A stretch of 64,000 bases of DNA, from contig JBBIJY010000014.1 of NCBI GenBank assembly GCA_037445735.1, positions 5,175 through 69,174 on the forward strand, written 5' to 3'. The translations under genes were made by a program, and so were the position numbers. Source of the DNA: Armatimonadota bacterium (lineage in GTDB: Bacteria; Armatimonadota; Fimbriimonadia; Fimbriimonadales; GBS-DC). The notes under the pieces are model-generated. The model was not told where the DNA came from. It made no database searches and saw only the letters and a list, made by a program, of their open reading frames with translations. Every line of letters begins with the position of its first letter. Position 1 is the first letter of the stretch. This document shows positions 9,594 through 19,344 of this stretch, piece after piece.

Positions 9594-10688
9594 ATGCTGA
9601 AAGCGCCTGTGCGAACGGAGACCGTCCGCTTCGAGTCAATCGCCGAGAAGGTGCTGAACGGCGAGCGATTGAGCTTCGAAGAGGGCGTCGCGCTGTTTCA
9701 TCATCCGAGCCTGCCCGAACTCAGCGCCCTCGCCCACCATGTGCGCATGCGCAAAAATCCCCATCCCTATGTGACCTATGTGATCGGGCGCATCATCAAC
9801 TACACGAATGTGTGCTGGGTGCGCTGCAAGTTCTGCTCCTTCTATCGCCCGCCCAGACACAGCGAGGGCTACCTGCTGACCGACGAACAGATTCTGCAAA
9901 AAATCGACGAGCTGGTTCAGCAGGGCGGCGTGGAGGTACTGATACAGGGCGGGCTGAACCCCAAACTGAAGATCGACTATTTTGAGCGGCTGTTTCGGCT
10001 CATCAAACAGCACTATCCGCAGGTGATTATTCACGGGCTATCGCCCGCCGAAATCCTCTATATCGCCCATATCTCGCGCCTGAGCGTGCGCGACTGCCTG
10101 ATCCGCCTCAAGGAAGCGGGAATGAACTCGGTGCCAGGCGCGGGCGGCGAGATTCTGGTCGACCGCGTGCGTCAGGCGATTGCTCCCTACAAAGACAGCA
10201 CGCAGGAATGGCTCGATTTCATGCGCGAGGTGCATCAGCTGGGCATGCGCAGCTCCGCCAGCATGATGTTCGGACATGTGGAGACGCTGGCAGAGCGCGT
10301 GGAGCATCTGGTTCGCCTGCGCGAGCTGCAGGACGAAACGGGTGGCTTCACCGCCTTCATCTGCTGGAACTTCCAGCCTGAAGGCACCGAGCTGAGCCAC
10401 ATCCCCAAAGCAACCGCTTATGATTATCTGCGCACCGTCGCCGTCGCCCGCCTGATGCTGGACAACTTCGACCACCTGCAAGCCAGCATCCTCACGCAGG
10501 GCCCCAAAATCGCCCAGATTGCCCTGCGCTACGGCGTCGACGATATGGGTTCCACCATGATCGAGGAGAATGTGGTCTCCGCGCAGGGCACCAAGTTCAT
10601 CCTGAACGCGCAGGAGATCGAACGGCTGATTATCGACGCGGGCTTTATTCCCAAAAAGCGCAACACGCGCTACGAGATTCTGGATTGA
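9594..10688 (+). CDS. mqnC: Cyclic dehypoxanthine futalosine synthase (radical SAM, menaquinone futalosine pathway)
   Basis: INYTNVCWVRCKFCSFYR; PGAGGEILVDRVR; QDETGGFTAFI; DMGSTMIEENVV. Confidence 0.88.
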   Translation: MLKAPVRTETVRFESIAEKVLNGERLSFEEGVALFHHPSLPELSALAHHVRMRKNPHPYVTYVIGRIINYTNVCWVRCKFCSFYRPPRHSEGYLLTDEQILQKIDELVQQGGVEVLIQGGLNPKLKIDYFERLFRLIKQHYPQVIIHGLSPAEILYIAHISRLSVRDCLIRLKEAGMNSVPGAGGEILVDRVRQAIAPYKDSTQEWLDFMREVHQLGMRSSASMMFGHVETLAERVEHLVRLRELQDETGGFTAFICWNFQPEGTELSHIPKATAYDYLRTVAVARLMLDNFDHLQASILTQGPKIAQIALRYGVDDMGSTMIEENVVSAQGTKFILNAQEIERLIIDAGFIPKKRNTRYEILD

Positions 10689-10701
10689 GAGGTGAAACGC
10701 G

Positions 10702-11949
10702 ATGCGAGCGCAGTGGGCACTGATCGGGCTTCTGGGCTTTGTGATTGGCTGGGCGAACCAGCAGCCGTTGCTCAATCACCAGCGGATGACGGAGCTGTTC
10801 ATCCAGCTGGTGCAGATTGACAGTGGTTCCGAGAACGAGGCGGAGATTTGCGCCTTTGTGGCGGAGCGCCTGCGCCAGCTGGGCGCCGAGAGCGTGACGA
10901 TTGACGAGGCGAGCAAGCAGATAGGTGGTACGGGCGGCAATGTGTTCGCGCGATTCAAAGGCACGCTGAACGCGCCCCCGCTGCTGCTGAACGCCCATCT
11001 GGATACCGTGTCGCCCACGAAAGGCATCAAAATCGTGCGCACCGCCACCGACATCAAAACCGACGGCAGCACCATTCTGGGCGCGGATGATAAGGCGGGT
11101 GTCGCAATTATTCTGGAAGTGCTGCAGACGCTTAAAGAGCGCAACCTGCCCCATCCGCCGCTGGAGGTGGTCTTCACCATTCGCGAGGAGAAGGGCTTGT
11201 TAGGCGCCAAAGCCTTCGACACGAGCCTGCTCAACGCGAAATATGGGCTGGTGGTGGACGGGCGTGAAGTGCCCACCGACCTGTTTATTCAATCGCCCAC
11301 GCACTGGCAGTTCGAAGTGATTTTTCATGGCAGGGCAGCGCACGCGGGCGCGGAACCCGAAAAGGGGCGCAACGCCATTCAGATGGCTGCCAGAGCGATT
11401 GCCCAGATGCAGTGGGGACGGCTCGATGCCGAGACCACCGCGAATGTGGGCGTGATCGAGGGCGGTCAGGCGATGAATATTGTGCCCGATAAGGCGCGGC
11501 TGGTGGGCGAGTTCCGTAGTTTCGACCCGAAGCGCGTCGAAGCGCTGGCGAACCGCTGGCGCGAAATCTGCGAGCGTGTCGCCAGCGAGCATGAGGGGCG
11601 TGTGGAGGTCAAACTCACCAGGACCTTCGACGCCGTACGGATTGACCCCAACTCACCCGTGGTCAAAGCCGCCGTCGCCGCGCTGAAGGAGCTGGGCATT
11701 CAGGCGAACCTCACGCGCACAGGCGGCGGCTCCGACGCCAATGTGTTCGCGGGCAGGGGCATCCAGTGCATCCTGTTCCCCACTGGCGGCGAAGCGATTC
11801 ACACCCCGCAGGAGCGACTGATTCTCGCCCACTTTTACACCTGCGGTGAAGCGGTGCTGCGCACGGTGCTGAACTGGGCGAAGAGCCACGCCACCACCCT
11901 CCCCGCCAAAAAGGCGGTCGCCCAGCCCGCCACAGGCGTGTCAGATTGA
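10702..11949 (+). CDS. M20 family peptidase (peptidase T-like) with hydrophobic N-terminus
   Basis: AHLDTV; LGADDKAG; EEKGL; HAG.EPEKG; GGGSDAN; IHT. Confidence 0.88.
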   Translation: MRAQWALIGLLGFVIGWANQQPLLNHQRMTELFIQLVQIDSGSENEAEICAFVAERLRQLGAESVTIDEASKQIGGTGGNVFARFKGTLNAPPLLLNAHLDTVSPTKGIKIVRTATDIKTDGSTILGADDKAGVAIILEVLQTLKERNLPHPPLEVVFTIREEKGLLGAKAFDTSLLNAKYGLVVDGREVPTDLFIQSPTHWQFEVIFHGRAAHAGAEPEKGRNAIQMAARAIAQMQWGRLDAETTANVGVIEGGQAMNIVPDKARLVGEFRSFDPKRVEALANRWREICERVASEHEGRVEVKLTRTFDAVRIDPNSPVVKAAVAALKELGIQANLTRTGGGSDANVFAGRGIQCILFPTGGEAIHTPQERLILAHFYTCGEAVLRTVLNWAKSHATTLPAKKAVAQPATGVSD

Positions 11950-11980
11950 GGGCATAGTTAGGACATGGCTCCGGGCGATT

Positions 11981-13066
11981 TCATTGCACAAAGACCACGC
12001 GCAGTTCGTTCAGGAACCCATGCTGGCGGTTTGCTTCCAGCAAACGCTCGGCGTCTTCGTTCGTAATCACAGGGTCGGTTAGCGCAGCACCTGCAACCCC
12101 TGTTGCTCGAATCACCAGTGGATTATTGCCGATGCGTTCCACAATCTCTGGCGATCCGAGAAGGTCTGGCTGACGGCTGTCCACATACACAACGATGCCA
12201 TGCTGGATTACGAAGTCGGGATCCACCTGCACCGTGCCCCACACTTCGCTGCCATCGGCACGCCGTATTTTGGGCGCCATACTGCGCCGCAGGTTTAGCC
12301 CGCGACAATCCACCACCAGTCCCGTGTAAGGCTTGCCGCTGATATTGTAGCGTAGCGACACCACTTCAAATGCAGCCATTCGCACGGCTTTAACCAGTTG
12401 CCCGACATTGTTCGGGTCTACGGTGAACAATGCGAACACAATCTGGGCTGACGGATTGGCCTGGGGTGTCATGGGGTTGGCGGGCACAGTCAACGCTGTG
12501 TTCCTGTACAGGCGAGGGGTGGCAAAGACACAGCCACTGAGAACCTCGTTCACAAAGTCGCCCCCAACCTGCTGAAAGGACAGCGTTTGCTTTCCTCTCA
12601 GCGAAATGGCAACCCACTCTGGCTTGTCCCCATAGCGGACCGTCTTCTGCCAGACCTGCTCGCCGTCGACCTCGATAGATACGGTTGCAGTCCTGCAGTC
12701 CGTCCACGCATCGGGGATGCCTACCCAGACTTCGAGGCGATCCCAACCGCGCACATCAAAAACCACAAAGTTGCTCTTATGGTATAACCGACCAAAGCCG
12801 TCGAATGCCTGACCCCGAATGCTGATGGTGTCGGAATCGTAGAGCCAGCCACCTGCAAGAACCCTGACCTCCTCGCGTCGCAGTATCGCCATGCCAGATT
12901 CAAGGGTGGATGGTTGGGTCTGCAAGCCGTTCACGCTTGCCAGATACGATGAACCTGTTGCCATCCAAGGCAGAGCCGTCACAATCACTGATCCAGAAGC
13001 AGCTATCGCTACTCCGGAATGGCTGAGAACCGCCATCACAATCGCCAGTGTTCCTTTGTAACGCAT
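11981..13066 (-). CDS. Secreted protein with NPCBM/NEW2-like domain and conserved C-terminal YTGLVVD domain
   Basis: GGAGG RBS, signal peptide; VGI.D...VDGEQVW...ISLRGKQTL...VFATPRL; YTGLVVDCRGL..MAPKI. Confidence 0.55.
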   Translation of the reverse strand: MRYKGTLAIVMAVLSHSGVAIAASGSVIVTALPWMATGSSYLASVNGLQTQPSTLESGMAILRREEVRVLAGGWLYDSDTISIRGQAFDGFGRLYHKSNFVVFDVRGWDRLEVWVGIPDAWTDCRTATVSIEVDGEQVWQKTVRYGDKPEWVAISLRGKQTLSFQQVGGDFVNEVLSGCVFATPRLYRNTALTVPANPMTPQANPSAQIVFALFTVDPNNVGQLVKAVRMAAFEVVSLRYNISGKPYTGLVVDCRGLNLRRSMAPKIRRADGSEVWGTVQVDPDFVIQHGIVVYVDSRQPDLLGSPEIVERIGNNPLVIRATGVAGAALTDPVITNEDAERLLEANRQHGFLNELRVVFVQ

Positions 13067-13300
13067 TGCGTTCACCTCCTCTAACTGCAACCTGTACGGC
13101 ACAGTTTCTGCCTTCATGATAGTCCAGAGTAATCCCTCCTGTGAAGGGTTTTTCTTCTGACGGGGAATGTACGACTGTAAAGATTTCTGGACAGGCTTGC
13201 GCTTATAGGGCGACAAAACGCTCACTCCCCATAGGAGAGAGGAAAACCGCTTCCTGTCGGGTATAATCACGGTAGACAATTCTCTACTATGGAGGCAGGA

Positions 13301-14335
13301 ATGACCGATAAGCAGAAGGCGTTAGAGGCAGTCATTGCGCAGGTGGAGCGGCAGTTTGGCAAGGGCAGCGTGATGCGACTGGGCGAAGCCGCACGCCTGC
13401 AGGTGGAGGCGATCCCCACGGGCAGCGCCACCCTCGATATGGCGCTGGGCGTGGGCGGTATCCCGCGCGGACGCATCACCGAAATCTACGGCACCGAATC
13501 GTCGGGCAAAACCACACTCGCCCTGCACATTATCGCCGAAGCGCAAAAGCGGGGTGGGAACGCGCTGTTCGTGGACGCCGAACACGCGCTGGACCCCGAC
13601 TACGCCCGTGCCATCGGCGTCGATGTGGATCGGCTCTATATTTCGCAGCCGTCCACTGGCGACGAAGCGCTGGAGATTATGGACACGCTGATTCGAAGTG
13701 GCGCGTTCGATGTGGCGGTTCTCGACTCGGTCGCCGCACTGATGCCCCGTCAGGAGCTGGAGGGCGATATTGGCGATGTCACGGTGGGCGCGCAGGCGCG
13801 GCTGATGTCGCAGGCGCTGCGCAAGCTGGGCGGCTCCGCTGCCAAGACCAACACCGCCGTCGTGTTCGTGAACCAGATTCGCGAAAAGGTCGGTGTGATG
13901 TACGGCAACCCCGAAACGACGCCGGGCGGGCGCGCACTCAAGTTCTGGGCGTCGGTGCGACTGGAGGTGCGCCGCGTGGACAACATCAAGCAGGGCAACG
14001 AGGTGATTGGCGTGCGCACGCGCGTGAAGGTGGTCAAGAACAAGGTCGCGCCGCCGTTCCGTCAGGCAGAGTTCGACATCATCTTCGGCAAGGGTATCTC
14101 GCGCGTGGGCGACCTGCTCGATCTCGCGCTCAATCTCGGCATCGTCCAGAAGTCGGGCACATGGTTCAACTTCGGCGAGACCCGGCTGGGTCAGGGGCGC
14201 GAGAACGCGCGTGCCTTTCTGGAAGAGAACCCCGATGTGCTGAACGCGATTGAGCAGCAGGTGCGCACGGCGATGGGTCAGCCAGCGCCCGGCGTCGCGC
14301 TCGTCACCGCCGAAGAGGTGGAGGTGGTCGAATAG
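13301..14335 (+). CDS. recA: Recombinase RecA
   Basis: GKGSVMRLG; [12 protein letters not shown]; [12 protein letters not shown]; KNKVAPPF. Confidence 0.99.
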   Translation: MTDKQKALEAVIAQVERQFGKGSVMRLGEAARLQVEAIPTGSATLDMALGVGGIPRGRITEIYGTESSGKTTLALHIIAEAQKRGGNALFVDAEHALDPDYARAIGVDVDRLYISQPSTGDEALEIMDTLIRSGAFDVAVLDSVAALMPRQELEGDIGDVTVGAQARLMSQALRKLGGSAAKTNTAVVFVNQIREKVGVMYGNPETTPGGRALKFWASVRLEVRRVDNIKQGNEVIGVRTRVKVVKNKVAPPFRQAEFDIIFGKGISRVGDLLDLALNLGIVQKSGTWFNFGETRLGQGRENARAFLEENPDVLNAIEQQVRTAMGQPAPGVALVTAEEVEVVE

Positions 14336-14491
14336 GGGTTCGATAACCCTTGAACTGGCTCTGGTGCTGGCTCTGACAGGGGGTGCCCCGGCTCTTGATG
14401 AGCAACCGCTTCCCACCAGATGCTCTGGCGATTGTAGCCGAAACTTTTTCGGTGCGATTTCGTCAGGTAAACTACAGAGGGGCGATTCGTT

Positions 14492-15598
14492 ATGTCGGAG
14501 CGGCGACCGTCGGTACAGCGGGAGTACCAGCAGCAGATTCTGCTGCGCTGGATCACCACCGTCACTTACCGCATGATCTCGGTGGGCGCGATCCTGTTCG
14601 TGATTGGGCTTGCTTACCTGTTTTACGCGCTCTTTGCGCTGGGGAATCAGAGCGGCTATAGCGCCAGCGATGTCGCCCGCATTCAGGGCAACCTGACGCT
14701 GTTCGGGCGGCTGGCGCTGATCGGCGCTGGCATGGTCGTGATTGGGCTTGCCTGGAACTATCTGGAGGAGGAGGTCGTCGGCTTCATTCTGGTGCTGCTC
14801 GCGCTCTTCTTCTACTGGGGGCTGCCCTTCCTGCTGGGGCAGATTGGCACCCTGCCGACACCCAACTCGTTGCAGGGGTTCGCGCTGAACCAGCTTCGCA
14901 ACCTGATGTGGGTGCTGTTCCCGCCTGGCATTATTCTGGTGGTGTTTGTGGGGATTGCGCAGGGCATTCGTCGCCTGCGCTATGGCGCCGCGCTGGATCA
15001 GACGCTCAAGCTCGGTTCGGGCGTGAGCAGGCAGGAGGTCCAGCAACGCTTTCTGGGCAAATGCTGGCAGTTGCCGTTCTGCCGGGACTATGTGCGCCAG
15101 CGCTGCCCGATTTACCATGCGCGGCGCACCTGCTGGCGCGAGGGCGTCGGCTGTATGTGCGAGGAGAAGACCATCGTGATGGCGCTCCAGAATGTGCGCC
15201 TGAGCGATGACCCCGCCAAAAACGCCCGATATATCCCGCATAACAAGACGCTGACAAAAGCGGAGCTGCGCGCCCGCTGCGCCGAGTGCGTCATCTATAA
15301 CGAGCATCAGCGCCAGAAGTATCAGCTGTTCGCGCCGCTCACGGTCGGCACGATTATCGGCATCGCCTACTTCTTCCGGGCGCCGCTGCAGGAGAAGGTG
15401 TTCAACCTGCTGTCGCTGCTGGATCAGCTGCTGGCGCGTTTCACGCTGATGCCCTCAGAGGCGCAGAAAGGCGTGCTGGAGGCGGCTGCCCGCGCGAATG
15501 AGACCGCCGCACTGATTCTCTACATCTCCCTGACCATCGTGGTGCTGAGCTACGCGCTGCGAATTGTGGAGACGGTGATTTTCAAATGGAAGCTCTGA
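14492..15598 (+). CDS. Multi-pass membrane protein with Cys-rich soluble domain
   Basis: About 6 TM segments; CWQLPFC..CPIY..CWREGVGCMC..CAEC. Confidence 0.7.
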   Translation: MSERRPSVQREYQQQILLRWITTVTYRMISVGAILFVIGLAYLFYALFALGNQSGYSASDVARIQGNLTLFGRLALIGAGMVVIGLAWNYLEEEVVGFILVLLALFFYWGLPFLLGQIGTLPTPNSLQGFALNQLRNLMWVLFPPGIILVVFVGIAQGIRRLRYGAALDQTLKLGSGVSRQEVQQRFLGKCWQLPFCRDYVRQRCPIYHARRTCWREGVGCMCEEKTIVMALQNVRLSDDPAKNARYIPHNKTLTKAELRARCAECVIYNEHQRQKYQLFAPLTVGTIIGIAYFFRAPLQEKVFNLLSLLDQLLARFTLMPSEAQKGVLEAAARANETAALILYISLTIVVLSYALRIVETVIFKWKL

Positions 15599-16059
15599 CG
15601 GAGTGGCTGGAGCAGCTGGAGCGCCTGGCACAGCTGATGAGCCAGCGGGGCCTATCGAGGCTGGAGGTGCGCGTGGACGGGGCGCAGGTGCGCCTGAGCC
15701 GTGCCCAATCGACGACCGTGTCCTATCATGAGGAGCCGATGCCACCCCTCTTCCTGGCAGGCTATACGGAACCGACACCCGCCGAACCTGACGAGCCGTC
15801 CAGCAGCTGGCAACCGCCAGTGCCCATCGAGGTTCGCTCGCCAATGGTCGGCTACTGCACGCTGATGTCGATAGAGCCGGGTGCGCGCGTGGAGCGGGGT
15901 CAGCCCCTCGCCACGGTGGAGGTGCTGGGCATCCCGAACGAAGTGCCCGCGCCCGTCACCGGCACTCTGCTGAGCTGGCAAATCGAAAATGGTGCCCCCG
16001 TCGAATACGGGCAGCCGATAGCGCTCATCCAGCCCCTGACCGAAGAGAACCCTGAATAA
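15586..16059 (+). CDS. BCCP/AccB-like protein lacking the biotinyl Lys
   Basis: VRSPMVG; VERGQPL..VEVLGIPNEV (normally EAMKMxNE); VEYGQP. Confidence 0.75.
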   Translation: MEALTEWLEQLERLAQLMSQRGLSRLEVRVDGAQVRLSRAQSTTVSYHEEPMPPLFLAGYTEPTPAEPDEPSSSWQPPVPIEVRSPMVGYCTLMSIEPGARVERGQPLATVEVLGIPNEVPAPVTGTLLSWQIENGAPVEYGQPIALIQPLTEENPE

Positions 16060-16116
16060 ACAACCGCTGGCAGCATGAGCTACCAGCGGTTGGACTGTAG
16101 GGAAGTGCGCCAGCTC

Positions 16117-16959
<843 letters not shown>

Positions 16960-17217
16960 ACCTCCTCCGATTGTGTTGTGATGCCCCCGAATCGAACAGG
17001 CAGCCCCCCATGGGGAGGCTACCTTCTCGGGAGCTTGACTCTATTATACCCAACCCGGAGAGCATTCTGCAGCAGCTCCAGCCTGGAGCCGCGACCCTGG
17101 CAATCAGCCCGCATGGGAGTTCATCAGCAACGTGGGTCGCATCGCAGGTCCCGCGCGCCATGTTCGGCAGAGGAAGGTATACTGTTATTATCAGCGGTTC
17201 AGGAGGTTGCGAACGCG

Positions 17218-17802
17218 ATGGACACAACGGGATTGATATTCGGGCTGGTGTGCATCGGTGGCGGCGCGCTGCTCCTGCTGATTCTTTTCATGGCGATGTA
17301 CAACTCGCTGATTGCTAAAAAGAATCAGGTGGACTACGCCTACAGCGGCATCGATGTTCAGCTCAAAAAGCGTCACGATTTGATTCCCAATCTGGTCGCG
17401 ACGGTGCGCCAGTATATGGAGCATGAGCGCGAGCTGCTGGAGCGCATCACGGCGCTGCGGGCGCGGGCGGTTTCACCCGATTTGCCCGAAGGCGAGCGCA
17501 TGCAGGTCGAAGCCGCGCTGTCGGGCGCCCTGCGCAGCCTGATGGTCGCCGTCGAGAACTATCCGAACCTGAAAGCGAACGAGAACTTCCTGCATCTGCA
17601 GGCGTCGCTGAACGAGATAGAGGAGCAGCTCGCCGCTGCCCGCCGTGCCTATAACGCCGCCGTCACCGACTACAATAACGCCATCGAGATGTTCCCGACG
17701 AACTTCGTGGCGTCGATAATGGGGCTGTCGCGACGAGCCGTGTTCGAAGCGGAAGCTGCCGAGCGCGCGACACCCGATGTCGCCCAGCTGTTCCAGCAAT
17801 GA
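17218..17802 (+). CDS. lemA: LemA family protein
   Basis: YNSL..IDVQLKKRHDLIPNLV; ENYPNLKANENF; ARRAYN; FPTN. Confidence 0.95.
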   Translation: MDTTGLIFGLVCIGGGALLLLILFMAMYNSLIAKKNQVDYAYSGIDVQLKKRHDLIPNLVATVRQYMEHERELLERITALRARAVSPDLPEGERMQVEAALSGALRSLMVAVENYPNLKANENFLHLQASLNEIEEQLAAARRAYNAAVTDYNNAIEMFPTNFVASIMGLSRRAVFEAEAAERATPDVAQLFQQ

Positions 17803-18800
17803 GCGCACCCGCAGGCGATTGGGATCAGCACTATCGCGAGCTGGAGCCGATACTGCGCGCGCTGGAGGAGGAGCGCCAGCAGCGCACGGCACGCTTCGGG
17901 CAGATCACGCTCTGGAGCGTTCTCATCGGCGGGCTGCTGAGCCTGGCGCTGGCGGCGTTCGCCAGCCCGGAGCTGGGCATCTTCGCCTTTGCCCCGCTCG
18001 GTGTCGCCCTCGTTGTGATCCTCGCCAGCTACGCCGCCATCACAAGCGACTGGTCGAAACTGTTCAAGTGGCGCGTGATTAGCCAGCTGGTGAAGTTCAT
18101 CAGCCCCGACCTCGAATACCTGCCAGAACAATTCATCAGCGAAGCCGAGTTCAATCAAAGCATGCTGTTCCAGCGGGAGCCAGACCGCTATCGGGGCGAA
18201 GACCTGATCCAGGGCAAAGTCGGTCAGACCGCCATCCGCCTGTCGGAGGTGCATGCCGAATATAAGGTGGAACATTACGACTCAAAGGGCAACCGCTACA
18301 CGACCTGGCACACGCTGTTTCGCGGGCTGTTCATTATCGCCGATTTCAACAAGCACTTCAACGGCATCACGCTGGTGCTGCCCGATACTGAAGAGGGGCT
18401 GCTGGGCTGGCTGGGTCAAACGCTCCAGAGCTGGAGCGCCAGGCTCGGCATGCAACCGGGCGAGCTGGTCAAACTGGAAGACCCGGAGTTCGAGCGGGCG
18501 TTCAAGGTCTATTCCACCGACCAGATAGAGGCGCGTTATATCCTGACGCCGAGCCTGATGGCGCGCATCCTGCGCTTTCGGGAGTTGACCCGCAGCGAGA
18601 TACGGCTCGCCTTCATCGCCTCGCAGCTGTATCTTGCGATCCCGACCACCCATGATTACTTTGAGGCGCCGTCGGTGTTCGCGCCGACAGGCATTTTGCT
18701 CAAGCCGGAAACGATTGGCAGGTACCTGCACGAGCTGCAGTTCGCGCTGGCAGTGGTGGACGAGCTGAACCTGAACACGCGCATCTGGACGAAGCGATAG
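17799..18800 (+). CDS. DUF3137-like membrane protein
   Basis: Two TMs; FRGLF..DFNKHF; LEDPEFERAF.VYSTDQIEARYILTP; coupled to lemA. Confidence 0.8.
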   Translation: MSAPAGDWDQHYRELEPILRALEEERQQRTARFGQITLWSVLIGGLLSLALAAFASPELGIFAFAPLGVALVVILASYAAITSDWSKLFKWRVISQLVKFISPDLEYLPEQFISEAEFNQSMLFQREPDRYRGEDLIQGKVGQTAIRLSEVHAEYKVEHYDSKGNRYTTWHTLFRGLFIIADFNKHFNGITLVLPDTEEGLLGWLGQTLQSWSARLGMQPGELVKLEDPEFERAFKVYSTDQIEARYILTPSLMARILRFRELTRSEIRLAFIASQLYLAIPTTHDYFEAPSVFAPTGILLKPETIGRYLHELQFALAVVDELNLNTRIWTKR

Positions 18801-18806
18801 GCGGGT

Positions 18807-19325
18807 TCAGCCCAGTCGCTCCAGCAGGGCGCGACTGCGCCCATCCAGCGCGTTCAGGTCACGAATCTCGTAGCGGCTGCCATCCACCGCCACAATCAGG
18901 TAGCGCACGGGCGATAGCTCGTGGATATTATCGCGCCAGTTGCGCACATAGAACAGGCGTCGCCCGCGGTCGGTCTCCACATCCCAGCGCAGTTGCCCGT
19001 ACTCTTCGTTGAGCGCATAGACCTTCTGGATGATGGGAATAAAGTAGCGGCGTTCCAGCTCCTCCTGCAGGATGGCGAGCGATTCGGGCGCCATCCCCTC
19101 CAGCGAGCGGAACATGCCAATCTCTCTGCCCTCGCGTGTGAGGATGCTGATGTAGTGGTCAGGGTCGGAGAAGGGGAAGGCGCGGGCGAACTGCACATCT
19201 TCATGCACCTCGCCGTCGGGCAGGCGCACGCGCACCTGCCGACCGTTCGGCACGCGCTCAATCAGCACGCTGGATGGCTCCAGCCACCGAATCTCCAGCT
19301 GGCTCATCTCTTGAGGATACCCCAT
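18807..19325 (-). CDS. DUF1854-like protein
   Basis: RAFPFSDP..YISI; EELERRYFIP.I; WDVETDRG. Confidence 0.8.
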   Translation of the reverse strand: MGYPQEMSQLEIRWLEPSSVLIERVPNGRQVRVRLPDGEVHEDVQFARAFPFSDPDHYISILTREGREIGMFRSLEGMAPESLAILQEELERRYFIPIIQKVYALNEEYGQLRWDVETDRGRRLFYVRNWRDNIHELSPVRYLIVAVDGSRYEIRDLNALDGRSRALLERLG

Positions 19326-19344
19326 CGTTTGCCACCGGGATTTC

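Noticed and set aside
14336-14491. SAM-I or 6S RNA after recA (minus-strand CTCATCAAGAG, GTTCAAGGGTTA, TACAAT)
   Set aside because: Only short word matches. The SAM-I core elements are missing and the orientation is antisense to recA. An sRNA cannot be excluded without cmscan or RNA-seq.
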